From Candidatus Sericytochromatia bacterium (GTDB lineage Bacteria; Cyanobacteriota; Sericytochromatia; UBA7694), in assembly GCA_050248915.1 (NCBI GenBank), contig JBFWRL010000003.1, positions 54,839-118,838 on the forward strand: a stretch of 64,000 bases of DNA. The letters are read 5' to 3'. The notes below the pieces were generated by a model that was not told the DNA's origin, ran no database searches, and saw nothing but the letters and a program-made list of their open reading frames with translations. The position numbers and the translations under genes were made by a program. Positions 55,897-64,000 of the stretch are shown in pieces. Numbering within the stretch: the first letter of the stretch is position 1; every line of letters begins with the position of its first letter.

Positions 55897-57699
55897 ATGC
55901 GGTATCATTTGGTCATTCAGACTCCCCACGGGGATTTAAGTGCTTTTTTTGCCCAATTTATTGACCGGGGCTTGCAAGCTGAGGGCCTTTCTCAACCAAA
56001 TAGCGTGATTTGGTCTGGTTTTCTCGACTGGCAGGTCTCTTGTTCGGAATTGCAAAACTGGTTTAAATCTCATCCAGATTCGGGGCTGTGGTTGGTTTTA
56101 GACCCTGATCATCTGCTGTTGGGGCATCCCCAATCAGGGCCGCCAGCCACATCCGGCCTGGTGGAATTGCAATCCCTTTCAGAATTGAGCCAGATCCTGG
56201 CTGCGGCTCTCCAGCTTTCGCCCGCTGCGCTGCTCAAACAGGCCATGGCCCTGATGCCCACCCAGGTCGGCCCCCTGTCTCAAGCTCTGCGTGAACATTT
56301 GCCGCTTTTCTTGAGTGCGCTTGGCCTGCCAGAGATTTTGGGCAGCGAAGCCATCCCCCCGCCCCCGCCCAGATTTGAATGGGGCGATCCCGCTCTTCAA
56401 ATTCGGGCTTTGGCGGGAAAATTGACGCTACACACCCTCGATCCCCCCATCCCTTTGGCGACAGAATCCGCCCCGATGTATTTGTTTTTGCTGGCCTGGT
56501 TGGGGGCCGAACGGGTGGCACCTTTGCTCAGTTTCAATTTTGCTGATTGCCCCAACCCACCCGCCCCTTTGGAATGGCCACAGATTGCCTCTTCACACCT
56601 AACGCAGGATCCCCATCATCCCCAGGCCTATACATTACACCTGGATGCCGATGCCACACCGTTTGGCAGTTGGCGAGATTTTGCAGATGCCTGGGCCTAT
56701 CTCTGGCCCCAACTGCCCCAGGGCACAGACCTGGAACTTTGGCTGGCCCCTCTGGCTTATGATTCTGAAGAACAGGCAAATCCCAATCCAGCGGGTATTC
56801 AGCGCTATGCCTGCACATTGCAAAAAACAGGCCTGATCTGCTGGGCGGCCGCCCCAGCCAGTGATTCAGAAAGGCTTTCCCAGGCCCTGGATTTGGCTGC
56901 CTGGGTGCTCAATGGGGGAACTTACCAGCTGAACTCAGCAGAAGCACTGACAGCCCTGTGTGCCGACGCGGCAGACGAAGATCTGATACCACAAGAAGAT
57001 TATTTCATTCGGCCTGAACGGCAGTTTGAGGTACCCGAGGGGGCCCCGCGGGCATTCTTGGCAAGACGCCTGTTTTTGCGGCAATTTGACGATTGTTGGG
57101 ATTTGCGTCAAAGCCAGGCCTTGAGGGCCGAAATAGCTGCAGAAGAGGAGGCGTTTAAAGCTGTTTTTTCCCATTGGGGGCCCCAGCTCAAAGGGGACGT
57201 CTTGTATTACCAAGGGCAGTCGGGCAACTTCTGGTCGGGTCAAGCCACGGGCCTCAATGCCCTTCGCCTGCGGCAATTGACCGAAGCCACAGCTGGGTGG
57301 GAAAGATTGGGCTTTCAAACCCTGGCAGATCTTGTTTGGGAGCCAGCTTCAGATGTGTATTTGCGGCTTTTATTGGCTAACTCATTTCAGGGCCTGGCCC
57401 TGCTGATGTCTGGCCCCCTTCAATTTGAGAGTGAAATTGTCAGCTGGTTTGCCGATGGGGCCCGGGGAGTGAGCAGCAGCTTAAACGATCTGCCAGATTT
57501 CTCAGCACATCGGGTCTATTATTATCACTGGCCCGAAGGGCCTTTGTCTGAGCGCATAGCCGCCCATTGGCAACAAGCCGAGGCTTACAGCGCACATCAG
57601 GCATGCCCATTTTTGCTCTTGCCAGCTCGCTTATCTGAGATCTTGCCTCTGATTGATCAGAATCTCGTTTTGGTACGCACAGCCCAACGGCATTTTTAG
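55897..57699 (+). CDS. hypothetical protein (600-aa orphan)
   Basis: Long ORF divergent from the WGR/DUF4132 gene. Pro-rich patch (AIPPPPPRF). No recognisable domain. Confidence 0.6.
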   Translation: MRYHLVIQTPHGDLSAFFAQFIDRGLQAEGLSQPNSVIWSGFLDWQVSCSELQNWFKSHPDSGLWLVLDPDHLLLGHPQSGPPATSGLVELQSLSELSQILAAALQLSPAALLKQAMALMPTQVGPLSQALREHLPLFLSALGLPEILGSEAIPPPPPRFEWGDPALQIRALAGKLTLHTLDPPIPLATESAPMYLFLLAWLGAERVAPLLSFNFADCPNPPAPLEWPQIASSHLTQDPHHPQAYTLHLDADATPFGSWRDFADAWAYLWPQLPQGTDLELWLAPLAYDSEEQANPNPAGIQRYACTLQKTGLICWAAAPASDSERLSQALDLAAWVLNGGTYQLNSAEALTALCADAADEDLIPQEDYFIRPERQFEVPEGAPRAFLARRLFLRQFDDCWDLRQSQALRAEIAAEEEAFKAVFSHWGPQLKGDVLYYQGQSGNFWSGQATGLNALRLRQLTEATAGWERLGFQTLADLVWEPASDVYLRLLLANSFQGLALLMSGPLQFESEIVSWFADGARGVSSSLNDLPDFSAHRVYYYHWPEGPLSERIAAHWQQAEAYSAHQACPFLLLPARLSEILPLIDQNLVLVRTAQRHF

Positions 57700-59423
57700 G
57701 CACTTTTGCGCAGAACATGTTGGGTGTTTTTGTGCGCATCCACCAAAAATCGACCCAAGGCCTCTGAAGCGTATTCACGCACATAAATGGATTCATCTTT
57801 GAGGGCTTTTTTGAGGGCAATAAAAGAATTGGGTTCCTTAAATTGGCCCAAGGTGCGCGCGGCACACATGCGAATAATTTCATCGGGATCATCGAGGGCC
57901 TGTATAAAGACCTCGACACTCTGGGGGGAACGAAAATGGGCCAAGGCCTCCGCCACTTTTTGCCGCACGGAAGTGCGGCGGTCTTTCATAGCGGCAATCA
58001 GCGCAGGGACGGCTTTGGGATTGTTCAAGCTGCGCAGAGCCTGAGAAGCGGCAATCCGGACATGAAAGTTTTTGTCCTGTAGAGCCTCGATCAAGACCGA
58101 CAAGGCATCGGGATCTTGAATTTGAGCCAGGGCGCGGCAGGCTTGGCAGCGGATTTCAGCCTCTTCGTCGAGCAGAGCTTCAAACAGCATTGGCAGAGCC
58201 GCTTGGGCTTTTAACTGTCCCAAGGTCTTGATCCCCATTAAGCGAATGGCGGCCAAATCAGACTGAGTTGTTTTAAGTACTTGGGGAATGACCGCCGGTT
58301 CTCCCAATTGACCCAAGGCTTGCAAAGCGGCAGCCACCACTTGGGGTTCGGGATCTTTTAATGCCTGTAAAAGGGGACTGAGACTTTCTTGGTCGCGGTA
58401 ATTTCCCATGGTCTCAGCAGCCTGTCGCCGGACCTCAGGCACCGGATCTTGCAGGGCCTTGATCAGGGCTGCCAAAACCCGGATATCTTTAAATTGTCCC
58501 AAGGCCCAAATCACCTTCACCTTGACCTCACTTTGGGGATCGCTCAAGGCTTGCATCAGATCGAGCAGGGTATTTGCCTTTCTGTAACGGCCCAGCGCTT
58601 CTGCCGCGGCCTCGCGGACATAGGCAGAATCATCCAAAAGGGCCATAGAAACAGCGTCGATGCCATCGACATGGCGCAACATCCCCAGGGCCTCAACTGC
58701 GCGGCGGCGCACCTGGGCATTGCGGTCTTTGAGACTGGCCAAAAAGAGACGCAAACAGCGGGGATCCCGTTGCATGCCCAGGGCCTCGATTAATTTATCG
58801 CGAATATCCAAATTTTTATGGTTTAAAAGCGCCATGATCGGCTCAATGGCCTCGGGACAATTGAGTAAACTTAAGGCCTCTGCGGCTTTGTATCGAACAA
58901 AATAGCGGGAGTCTCTCAGGGCTTTGAGCAGGGGTTTGAGCGCAATTTCGGCCCGCAAAAGGCCCAGAGCCTCGATCACACAATAGCGCACCCAAGCATG
59001 GGGATCTTTCAGGGTCTCTAAAAGTGCAGCCACGGCGCGCAAATCCCCGACCTGACTGAGAGCCCAGGCGGCTTTAATTCGCACTTCGGGGTTGGCATCA
59101 CGCAGGGCTTGCATCAAGGAAAAGACCGTTTTGGGGGATTTTAACAGGCCCAATGAGCGGGCTGCATTAAAACGCACATCGGGGTCCTGATCTTGCAGGG
59201 CCTCGGTCAGGCCATCCACCGCCCGCAGATCTTTCAAAAAACCCAGGGCCTGTGCAGCTGCTTCGCGCAAGCTGGGCTCAGAACCGCGCAGGGCCTTTAA
59301 AAGTGGTTCCAAAACGTCGGGATCTCCACTTTCCCCCAAAGCCAGGGCGGCATCGATCTGTTGCGATGTCTCTCCCTGTTGCAGCAACCCAAGCCATTCA
59401 TCATGTGAAATATGTGAGTTCAT
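57696..59423 (-). CDS. HEAT repeat (PBS lyase HEAT-like) domain-containing protein
   Basis: About 17 tandem ~31-aa units of the form D.D..VR..AA.ALG...D..A...L..AL across 575 aa. Confidence 0.85.
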   Translation of the reverse strand: MNSHISHDEWLGLLQQGETSQQIDAALALGESGDPDVLEPLLKALRGSEPSLREAAAQALGFLKDLRAVDGLTEALQDQDPDVRFNAARSLGLLKSPKTVFSLMQALRDANPEVRIKAAWALSQVGDLRAVAALLETLKDPHAWVRYCVIEALGLLRAEIALKPLLKALRDSRYFVRYKAAEALSLLNCPEAIEPIMALLNHKNLDIRDKLIEALGMQRDPRCLRLFLASLKDRNAQVRRRAVEALGMLRHVDGIDAVSMALLDDSAYVREAAAEALGRYRKANTLLDLMQALSDPQSEVKVKVIWALGQFKDIRVLAALIKALQDPVPEVRRQAAETMGNYRDQESLSPLLQALKDPEPQVVAAALQALGQLGEPAVIPQVLKTTQSDLAAIRLMGIKTLGQLKAQAALPMLFEALLDEEAEIRCQACRALAQIQDPDALSVLIEALQDKNFHVRIAASQALRSLNNPKAVPALIAAMKDRRTSVRQKVAEALAHFRSPQSVEVFIQALDDPDEIIRMCAARTLGQFKEPNSFIALKKALKDESIYVREYASEALGRFLVDAHKNTQHVLRKSA

Positions 59424-59658
59424 CAGATCTTATCCAGAGCATTGATCTTATTATCATACGCCATGATTGACGATTGTATACACCCCGGTGCTTAAATAAA
59501 ATTAATATTTAACTCATTGTTTAAAAAAGGGAGCAAATATGACATTTTAAGTACACCTGGGCCAGGTCCAGTACAGACACCCATTGGGGACTGGAAAAAA
59601 ATAAGGGAGCGGCGTATACTACACATTCGGGGAAAATTCAATTGCTGGAAGTGCCCTT

Positions 59659-60996
59659 GTGAAAGCTTTTATCATCCATTTTTGCCTGCCCGTCTTGGTT
59701 GTTGGCTGCAGCCTGATACCGGCTTTTACCCAGGCTGCCCCACCCTCGGCCCAATCCCCGGTGGGTTTAGCGGCCCAACGATCCAGAGCCCAACTTTCCA
59801 GGCAAAAACCCGCAGACCTGCTCGATCGGCCCCAACTTTGGCCCCACTTGCTCAATTCCCCCAAATATCCGCTCAGTGTGCGCTATCTTTTGCCTGGAGA
59901 CAAAGTCCAGGCTGAACGTGTCATGGGTTATCTCGAACAGAGCTGGAAAGTTGAAATCGAAGAAATGGGTTTCCCGCCGCCCTTTCCCTCTGACAGCACG
60001 GGCAGCAATCGCCTTCAGGTCTATTTAATGCGCGGGGCAGATACCGCTGTCGAAGCCACCCGCCCCCACAAAGACAGCGCCATTTGGTGGGATGCCTGGC
60101 AAGCTTACCTGAGCATCGATGCCTGGGGCCCCTATGGCGGAGATATCTTGGATTCCACCACCGCCCATGAATTTAATCACGCCTTACACGCGGCGCTGGA
60201 TTGGTATGAAAGCCCTGGTTTTTTTGAGACCTCTGCCACTTTTATCCAAGACAAGGTCTATCCCGATGACAACGATTATCTGCAGCAAATCGAAGATTTT
60301 CAGTCGCGTCCCGAATGGCCCATTCACTATTTCGACGACTACAAAACCTGGTACCCGTATGGGGCCTGCCTCTACCTCTTTTTTCTGGAACAGCGCTATT
60401 TTGCTCAGAACCCCCATTTTTTGGCCCAACTCTGGAAAAACAGCCGCAATAAGCCCCGGCCCTTTGATCCCAAAACCGGTTATCCCAGCCCCGCCAGCAA
60501 TGAACCCGATTGGGTAGATGCCCTCGAAGACCTGTTGCCACGCGGAGTGGACTATGCCCAGACGGTGGTCGAATTTGCCCGCTGGCGCTGGTACACAGGC
60601 CGCAACAGTGATGGTAAGCATTTCCACGAGGGCCCTTTGCTCAAGCCCAAAGGCGAGGTGCGCATTCAAGCCAACCTCACACCGGGCCAGATTTACAGCT
60701 CCAAAGGACCGTTGCTGCTGGGCAGCGAATACCTGCGCCTGAAACGGCCGGCTCCTGGCCAAAAAATCCAGGTTAAACTGCAAGCTGCGGGCCGTTTTGC
60801 CCTCCAATTGGTGCCAGGCCTGAAGCCCCATTCCGACGGAGATCAACTGGGGCCCGATGGCTGGGTGGAATTTGGCTCTTTGGCTGAACGCACCTTGATT
60901 CTAACCGCCCTGCCAACAACAGGCGTGCCCGCAGATCCAGATTTGCCCACGGGCGCGCCTCAACCGTTTCAAATTCAGACCACCGTTGGGCCTTAA
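59659..60996 (+). CDS. secreted/lipoprotein putative zinc metallopeptidase (HExxH)
   Basis: GTG start with GGAAG SD. Signal/lipobox LPVLVVGCS. Single HExxH motif in TTAHEFNHALH. No closer family recognised. Confidence 0.6.
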   Translation: MKAFIIHFCLPVLVVGCSLIPAFTQAAPPSAQSPVGLAAQRSRAQLSRQKPADLLDRPQLWPHLLNSPKYPLSVRYLLPGDKVQAERVMGYLEQSWKVEIEEMGFPPPFPSDSTGSNRLQVYLMRGADTAVEATRPHKDSAIWWDAWQAYLSIDAWGPYGGDILDSTTAHEFNHALHAALDWYESPGFFETSATFIQDKVYPDDNDYLQQIEDFQSRPEWPIHYFDDYKTWYPYGACLYLFFLEQRYFAQNPHFLAQLWKNSRNKPRPFDPKTGYPSPASNEPDWVDALEDLLPRGVDYAQTVVEFARWRWYTGRNSDGKHFHEGPLLKPKGEVRIQANLTPGQIYSSKGPLLLGSEYLRLKRPAPGQKIQVKLQAAGRFALQLVPGLKPHSDGDQLGPDGWVEFGSLAERTLILTALPTTGVPADPDLPTGAPQPFQIQTTVGP

Positions 60997-62477
60997 ACCA
61001 GACCCGCTACCCGCGCCAATTCGGCCAATGTGGTCTCTCCCGCAAGCACCCGTTCGAAACCATCTTCCAGCCAATTGGCCCAGCCGCCCTGATGCAATTG
61101 TGTCGCAATTTCTGTTGCATCTGCCCCGCGCTGCAACAACTGGCTGAGAGGGCCGTCCATGGGCAGGGCTTCGGTCAATTGCAAGCGCCCGCGATACCCT
61201 GTGCCTTGGCAGGTTGGGCAACCTTGGCCCTGCATCACCGTTTGACCCACTTGGGGGCTTTTGCCAATTTTTTCAAACAGCAGTGCATAACGTTGGATCT
61301 CTGTTTGGGAGAATTCAAAGGGGCCCAAACAGGCTGTACAATTCCTGCGCACAAGCCGCTGATTCAAAATTAATTTCACCGCTTCAGAGACTGTGTAAGC
61401 ACTGCCCGTTAAGTCCACCAGGCGCAGCAGTCCCTGGATTGCACTTTCACAGTGCAATTGGGTTAAAACCAAATGGCCAGTCAGGCCAATCCGCAGGGCC
61501 ATATCAACGGTTTCCGCATCGCGCAATTCACCAATTAAGATCACGTCAGGATCAGATTGCATGACACTTTTTAAGGGCCCCACAAAGCGCTCACCACTTT
61601 CACTTTCGGTTTGTACCGAGACCACCCAGGGAAAAACCCGCTCGACAGGGCTTTCAAGCGCAATGCTTTTGACCCCTGGAGAGGCCACTTCTTGTAAACT
61701 CGCATAGAGGGTCGTGGTTTTGCCCGAACCGGTCGGTCCAGTGGTGAGAATAACACCCCAGCCCTGTTTGAGAGCTGCTCTCAGGGCTTTTTCGACTGAG
61801 GCCCTGAGCTTCAGCCGCTCCAAGGAGATTTGCTGCTCGGGTTTGAGCAGCGTCAGGGTCAGGGATTCCCCCAATAAAGAGGGCAAAAAATGGGTCCTTA
61901 ATCGGAATTTTTCTGGGCCAGAATAATCTGAAAACTGTCCCTCTTGGGGCGTTTCTTGGTTGAGGGGGTCACAGCCCGCCAGACTTTTAAATTGGCTGAT
62001 CAAAGCAGGCAATAAGCGGCGATCACAATCCAAAACGGGGCTCAAACCCGCTTCGTGGCGCAGGCGCAACACCCCTTGGGTTTCTCCGTCATGTTGGTAG
62101 AGGCTTTCGAGGTGTAAATGGCTGGCATTTGAGGTGTGGGCCAGGCGAATCATCAATCTGGCGGTTTTCTCAAGGCCTTCTAGCGCTTTGAGATCTTCAG
62201 GTTCCTGGCCCAGGGCAGTAATCAAGCGGAGATTAAAAGGGGCAATATCCAGGGGCAAATCCACCCGCGGGCCCTGTCCTTTGAGAAAGCGCTCAATATC
62301 TTCGGGATAAAAGCGCCACTGCCGCCCCACTTTCATGCCTTTGATCCGGCCACTGCGCAGCCAGCGGTAAAACGTCGGACGGGTGGTTTTTAAAAGTTCA
62401 ATCGCCGCTTCCATATCGATCAGATCTTGAGGGGTCTCGTGTAAATCCGTATCATTCTCTTGCATTTTACGTCTCAC
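60993..62477 (-). CDS. GspE/PulE/PilB family secretion ATPase with N-terminal excisionase/MerR-type HTH
   Basis: HTH segment AIELLKTTRPTFYRWLRSGRIKGMKVGRQWRF. Walker A GPTGSGKTTTLYA, Asp box, Walker B ILIGELRD, His box, and tetracysteine CTAC...CPTCQGTGYRGR. Confidence 0.85.
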   Translation of the reverse strand: MRRKMQENDTDLHETPQDLIDMEAAIELLKTTRPTFYRWLRSGRIKGMKVGRQWRFYPEDIERFLKGQGPRVDLPLDIAPFNLRLITALGQEPEDLKALEGLEKTARLMIRLAHTSNASHLHLESLYQHDGETQGVLRLRHEAGLSPVLDCDRRLLPALISQFKSLAGCDPLNQETPQEGQFSDYSGPEKFRLRTHFLPSLLGESLTLTLLKPEQQISLERLKLRASVEKALRAALKQGWGVILTTGPTGSGKTTTLYASLQEVASPGVKSIALESPVERVFPWVVSVQTESESGERFVGPLKSVMQSDPDVILIGELRDAETVDMALRIGLTGHLVLTQLHCESAIQGLLRLVDLTGSAYTVSEAVKLILNQRLVRRNCTACLGPFEFSQTEIQRYALLFEKIGKSPQVGQTVMQGQGCPTCQGTGYRGRLQLTEALPMDGPLSQLLQRGADATEIATQLHQGGWANWLEDGFERVLAGETTLAELARVAGLV

Positions 62478-62488
62478 TTATTAGTTTT

Positions 62489-62523
62489 AATTATCATAAC
62501 CATCATAATACATTATGATAATT
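62489..62523. promoter_or_regulatory. perfect 10-bp inverted repeat (candidate operator) in a divergent promoter region
   Basis: aattatcata (62489-62498), 15 nt, tatgataatt (62514-62523). Lies 12-46 nt upstream of the HTH-GspE start codon. The spacer contains a further atcata half-site. Confidence 0.4.
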
Positions 62524-62553
62524 TTGTCCATTTTTTTTGTTTGCCGTTATACT
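62524..62553 (+). promoter_or_regulatory. candidate sigma70-type promoter for the TPM-domain gene
   Basis: TTGTCC (62524-62529), 18 nt, TATACT (62548-62553), about 37 nt upstream of ATG 62590. Confidence 0.3.
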
Positions 62554-62589
62554 AAAATTGAGAATCCTGAAAAAGGGAAAGAATATGAC

Positions 62590-63453
62590 ATGGCTCGCAT
62601 GCTGACCATAACCCGCTTGTGCCTGTTAGTTTTGCTGGTTATAGCTGCTCCGGCTTGGGGATTGGACCCCCTGCCCGAACCGGTCGGATTGGTCAACGAC
62701 GGGGCCCAGGTCTTTCAACACCCGCAAGACCTGGAGACGCGTTTGGTTCAACTCGAAAAAAAGACAGGGGTTGAAATGGCGATCGTGACATTGCCCCGAT
62801 TGCCCCAGAATGAACGCCTAGAGGCGTACAGCACCCGCTTGTTTAACCAATGGGGAATTGGCAAAAAACACGAACAAAACGGTCTGTTGTTTTTGCTGGC
62901 TTTTAAAGAGCGCAAAATGCGGCTGGAGGTCGGTTCTGGCCTAAAAGTCCAACTGCCCGATGCGCAGGCCCAGCAGATCTTGGACCAGACGGTCAAACCC
63001 AAATTCAAAAGCAAAGACTTTGATGGCGGCCTGCAAGCGGCCCTGAGCCAGATAGAAAAACGGCTCACCCCAAAATCGCTGGAAAAATTGGAAGCAGAAG
63101 TGGGCACTTACGCAACAAAAGACGACAGGGCCTGGATTTGGGGGCTCGCTTTGCTGGCTGCTTTTGCCATCTTTGGCTTGATTACACTCTATTGGCTCCT
63201 GCGTTTTGTGCTGGGATTTTTTCGCTCCTTTGGCCGAGCTATCCAGGATACATCAGGCCCAAAATCCAAACACAAGGCACAACATAGCCGCCGCGCTCAC
63301 TCAGTCGAGGCAGACCCCCTCTTTGGCCTCACACAGACCAGTGATCCAGACACTTGGCGCAGCTCTTTTCGCAGCGATAACGACACATCCAGCTCCTATG
63401 ACAGTTTTGGGGGTGGCAGCTCAGATGGGGGGGGAGCCAGTTCCGACTGGTAA
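62590..63453 (+). CDS. TPM domain-containing protein (YgcG/TLP18.3-like), membrane-anchored
   Basis: Signal peptide after ATG 62590 (AAAGGGA SD upstream). TPM blocks LVNDGAQVF, EMAIVTLP, LFNQWGIGKK, NGLLFLLAFKERKMRLEVGSGL. TM helix, then a Gly/Ser-rich tail GGGSSDGGGASSDW. Confidence 0.8.
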   Translation: MARMLTITRLCLLVLLVIAAPAWGLDPLPEPVGLVNDGAQVFQHPQDLETRLVQLEKKTGVEMAIVTLPRLPQNERLEAYSTRLFNQWGIGKKHEQNGLLFLLAFKERKMRLEVGSGLKVQLPDAQAQQILDQTVKPKFKSKDFDGGLQAALSQIEKRLTPKSLEKLEAEVGTYATKDDRAWIWGLALLAAFAIFGLITLYWLLRFVLGFFRSFGRAIQDTSGPKSKHKAQHSRRAHSVEADPLFGLTQTSDPDTWRSSFRSDNDTSSSYDSFGGGSSDGGGASSDW

Positions 63454-63458
63454 AACAG

Positions 63459-64000
63459 ATGTCTGTTTTCAAGTTGCCACCTCTCTTGCGTTTTTTGGCA
63501 TGTCTCCTCCTCTTCGGTTTGGCCCTGTATTCACCTGTGCTATTGGGGGGGCAAGCGCTGTATTTTCGCGATGTTTACCACAATTATTACACCCAACTCC
63601 ATTTTATGCGGGCCTCATTGTTTCAGGGAGAATTGCCTTTTTGGAATCCCCTGCTCTTTGCAGGCAGCCCACAAATGGCCGTATTGGAACCCCCTCTCTT
63701 TTACCCGCCGGGGTGGATCTTTTTTACGGCCCTGCCCTTTCAATGGGCCCTGGTGTGCAATTTGCTCTTTCACCATCTGTTGGCAGGTTGGGGCATCTAT
63801 CTGTTTGGTCAGCGCTTTGCCTGGTCTTTTGCCACCCGGTTGCTGGCAGCCCTGTTTTTTTGTTTCAGCGGTGTCATGGCCTCGCTGCACAGTTTTCATC
63901 CGCTGCAAAATACCATCGCCTGGTTGCCCCTGATCTGGTGGGCCTTTCAAACCTGTTTGAGCGAACGAAAAATTCAGCCCTTTCTCTGTTTGTCGCTCTT
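63459..64000 (+). CDS. YfhO-like polytopic membrane protein (5' partial, runs off the window)
   Basis: Not in the ORF track because no stop occurs before the window end. My hand translation from ATG 63459 is open to 64000 and gives MSVFKLPPLLRFLACLLLFGLALYSP...YFRDVYHNYY...GELPFWNPLLFAGSPQM..., a hydrophobic protein resembling the YfhO-family N-terminus. Confidence 0.6.
   Translation, partial: MSVFKLPPLLRFLACLLLFGLALYSPVLLGGQALYFRDVYHNYYTQLHFMRASLFQGELPFWNPLLFAGSPQMAVLEPPLFYPPGWIFFTALPFQWALVCNLLFHHLLAGWGIYLFGQRFAWSFATRLLAALFFCFSGVMASLHSFHPLQNTIAWLPLIWWAFQTCLSERKIQPFLCLSL

Noticed and set aside
57696-59423. DNA-level periodicity in the HEAT-repeat gene (and the TPR genes) as a possible CRISPR or tandem-repeat array
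   Set aside because: The periodicity (about 93 nt) is degenerate at the nucleotide level, lies within an intact ORF, and corresponds to protein repeats. There are no identical direct repeats with unique spacers anywhere in the window.
59517-59915. 132-aa ORF overlapping the start of the HExxH protein gene
   Set aside because: It is in a different frame from the signal-peptide-bearing ORF, with a Pro/Gly/Cys-rich translation. The GTG 59659 frame gives a lipobox and an HExxH domain.
63571-63950. Track ORFs 63571-63933 (+) and 63615-63950 (-)
   Set aside because: An alternative + frame open from 63459 to the window end encodes a coherent membrane protein, so these two are shadow frames.

Overview
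Densely coding 64-kb chromosomal segment from a moderately GC-rich bacterium: about 52 CDS and one tRNA (Gly-CCC). I found no rRNA, CRISPR array, transposase, integrase or other mobile-element hallmark. Recognisable housekeeping and metabolic genes are trpS, maf, upp, gcvPB, ppsR, frmA-fghA, a D-2-hydroxyacid dehydrogenase, a GMC oxidoreductase, a PLP-dependent dehydratase, an OmpR/HisKA two-component pair, and MarR and LuxR regulators. There are six alpha/beta or dienelactone-type hydrolases. Between these sit many lineage-specific orphans and repeat proteins (TPR, HEAT, WGR/DUF4132). The most unusual locus is 24.3-33.9 kb on the + strand. It holds an APH-fold kinase, then a 1,933-aa protein with a Gly/Ala-zipper membrane hairpin and about eight copies of an annexin-repeat-like MxG[WY]T..E..I module. 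A repeat-laden intergenic hairpin region follows, then a membrane protein with two tandem Hanks-type kinase domains that both lack a canonical glycine loop. Other loci worth a second look: a five-gene translationally coupled tailoring operon (kinase, 2 methyltransferases, Zn-ADH, RmlD-like reductase); a degenerate class III cyclase-like protein inside an orphan cluster; a MolR-like WGR/DUF4132 giant flanked by an orphan and a HEAT-repeat protein; and a solitary HTH-fused GspE/PilB ATPase with a perfect palindrome in its promoter. All functional calls come from motif recognition by eye. No database search was run.
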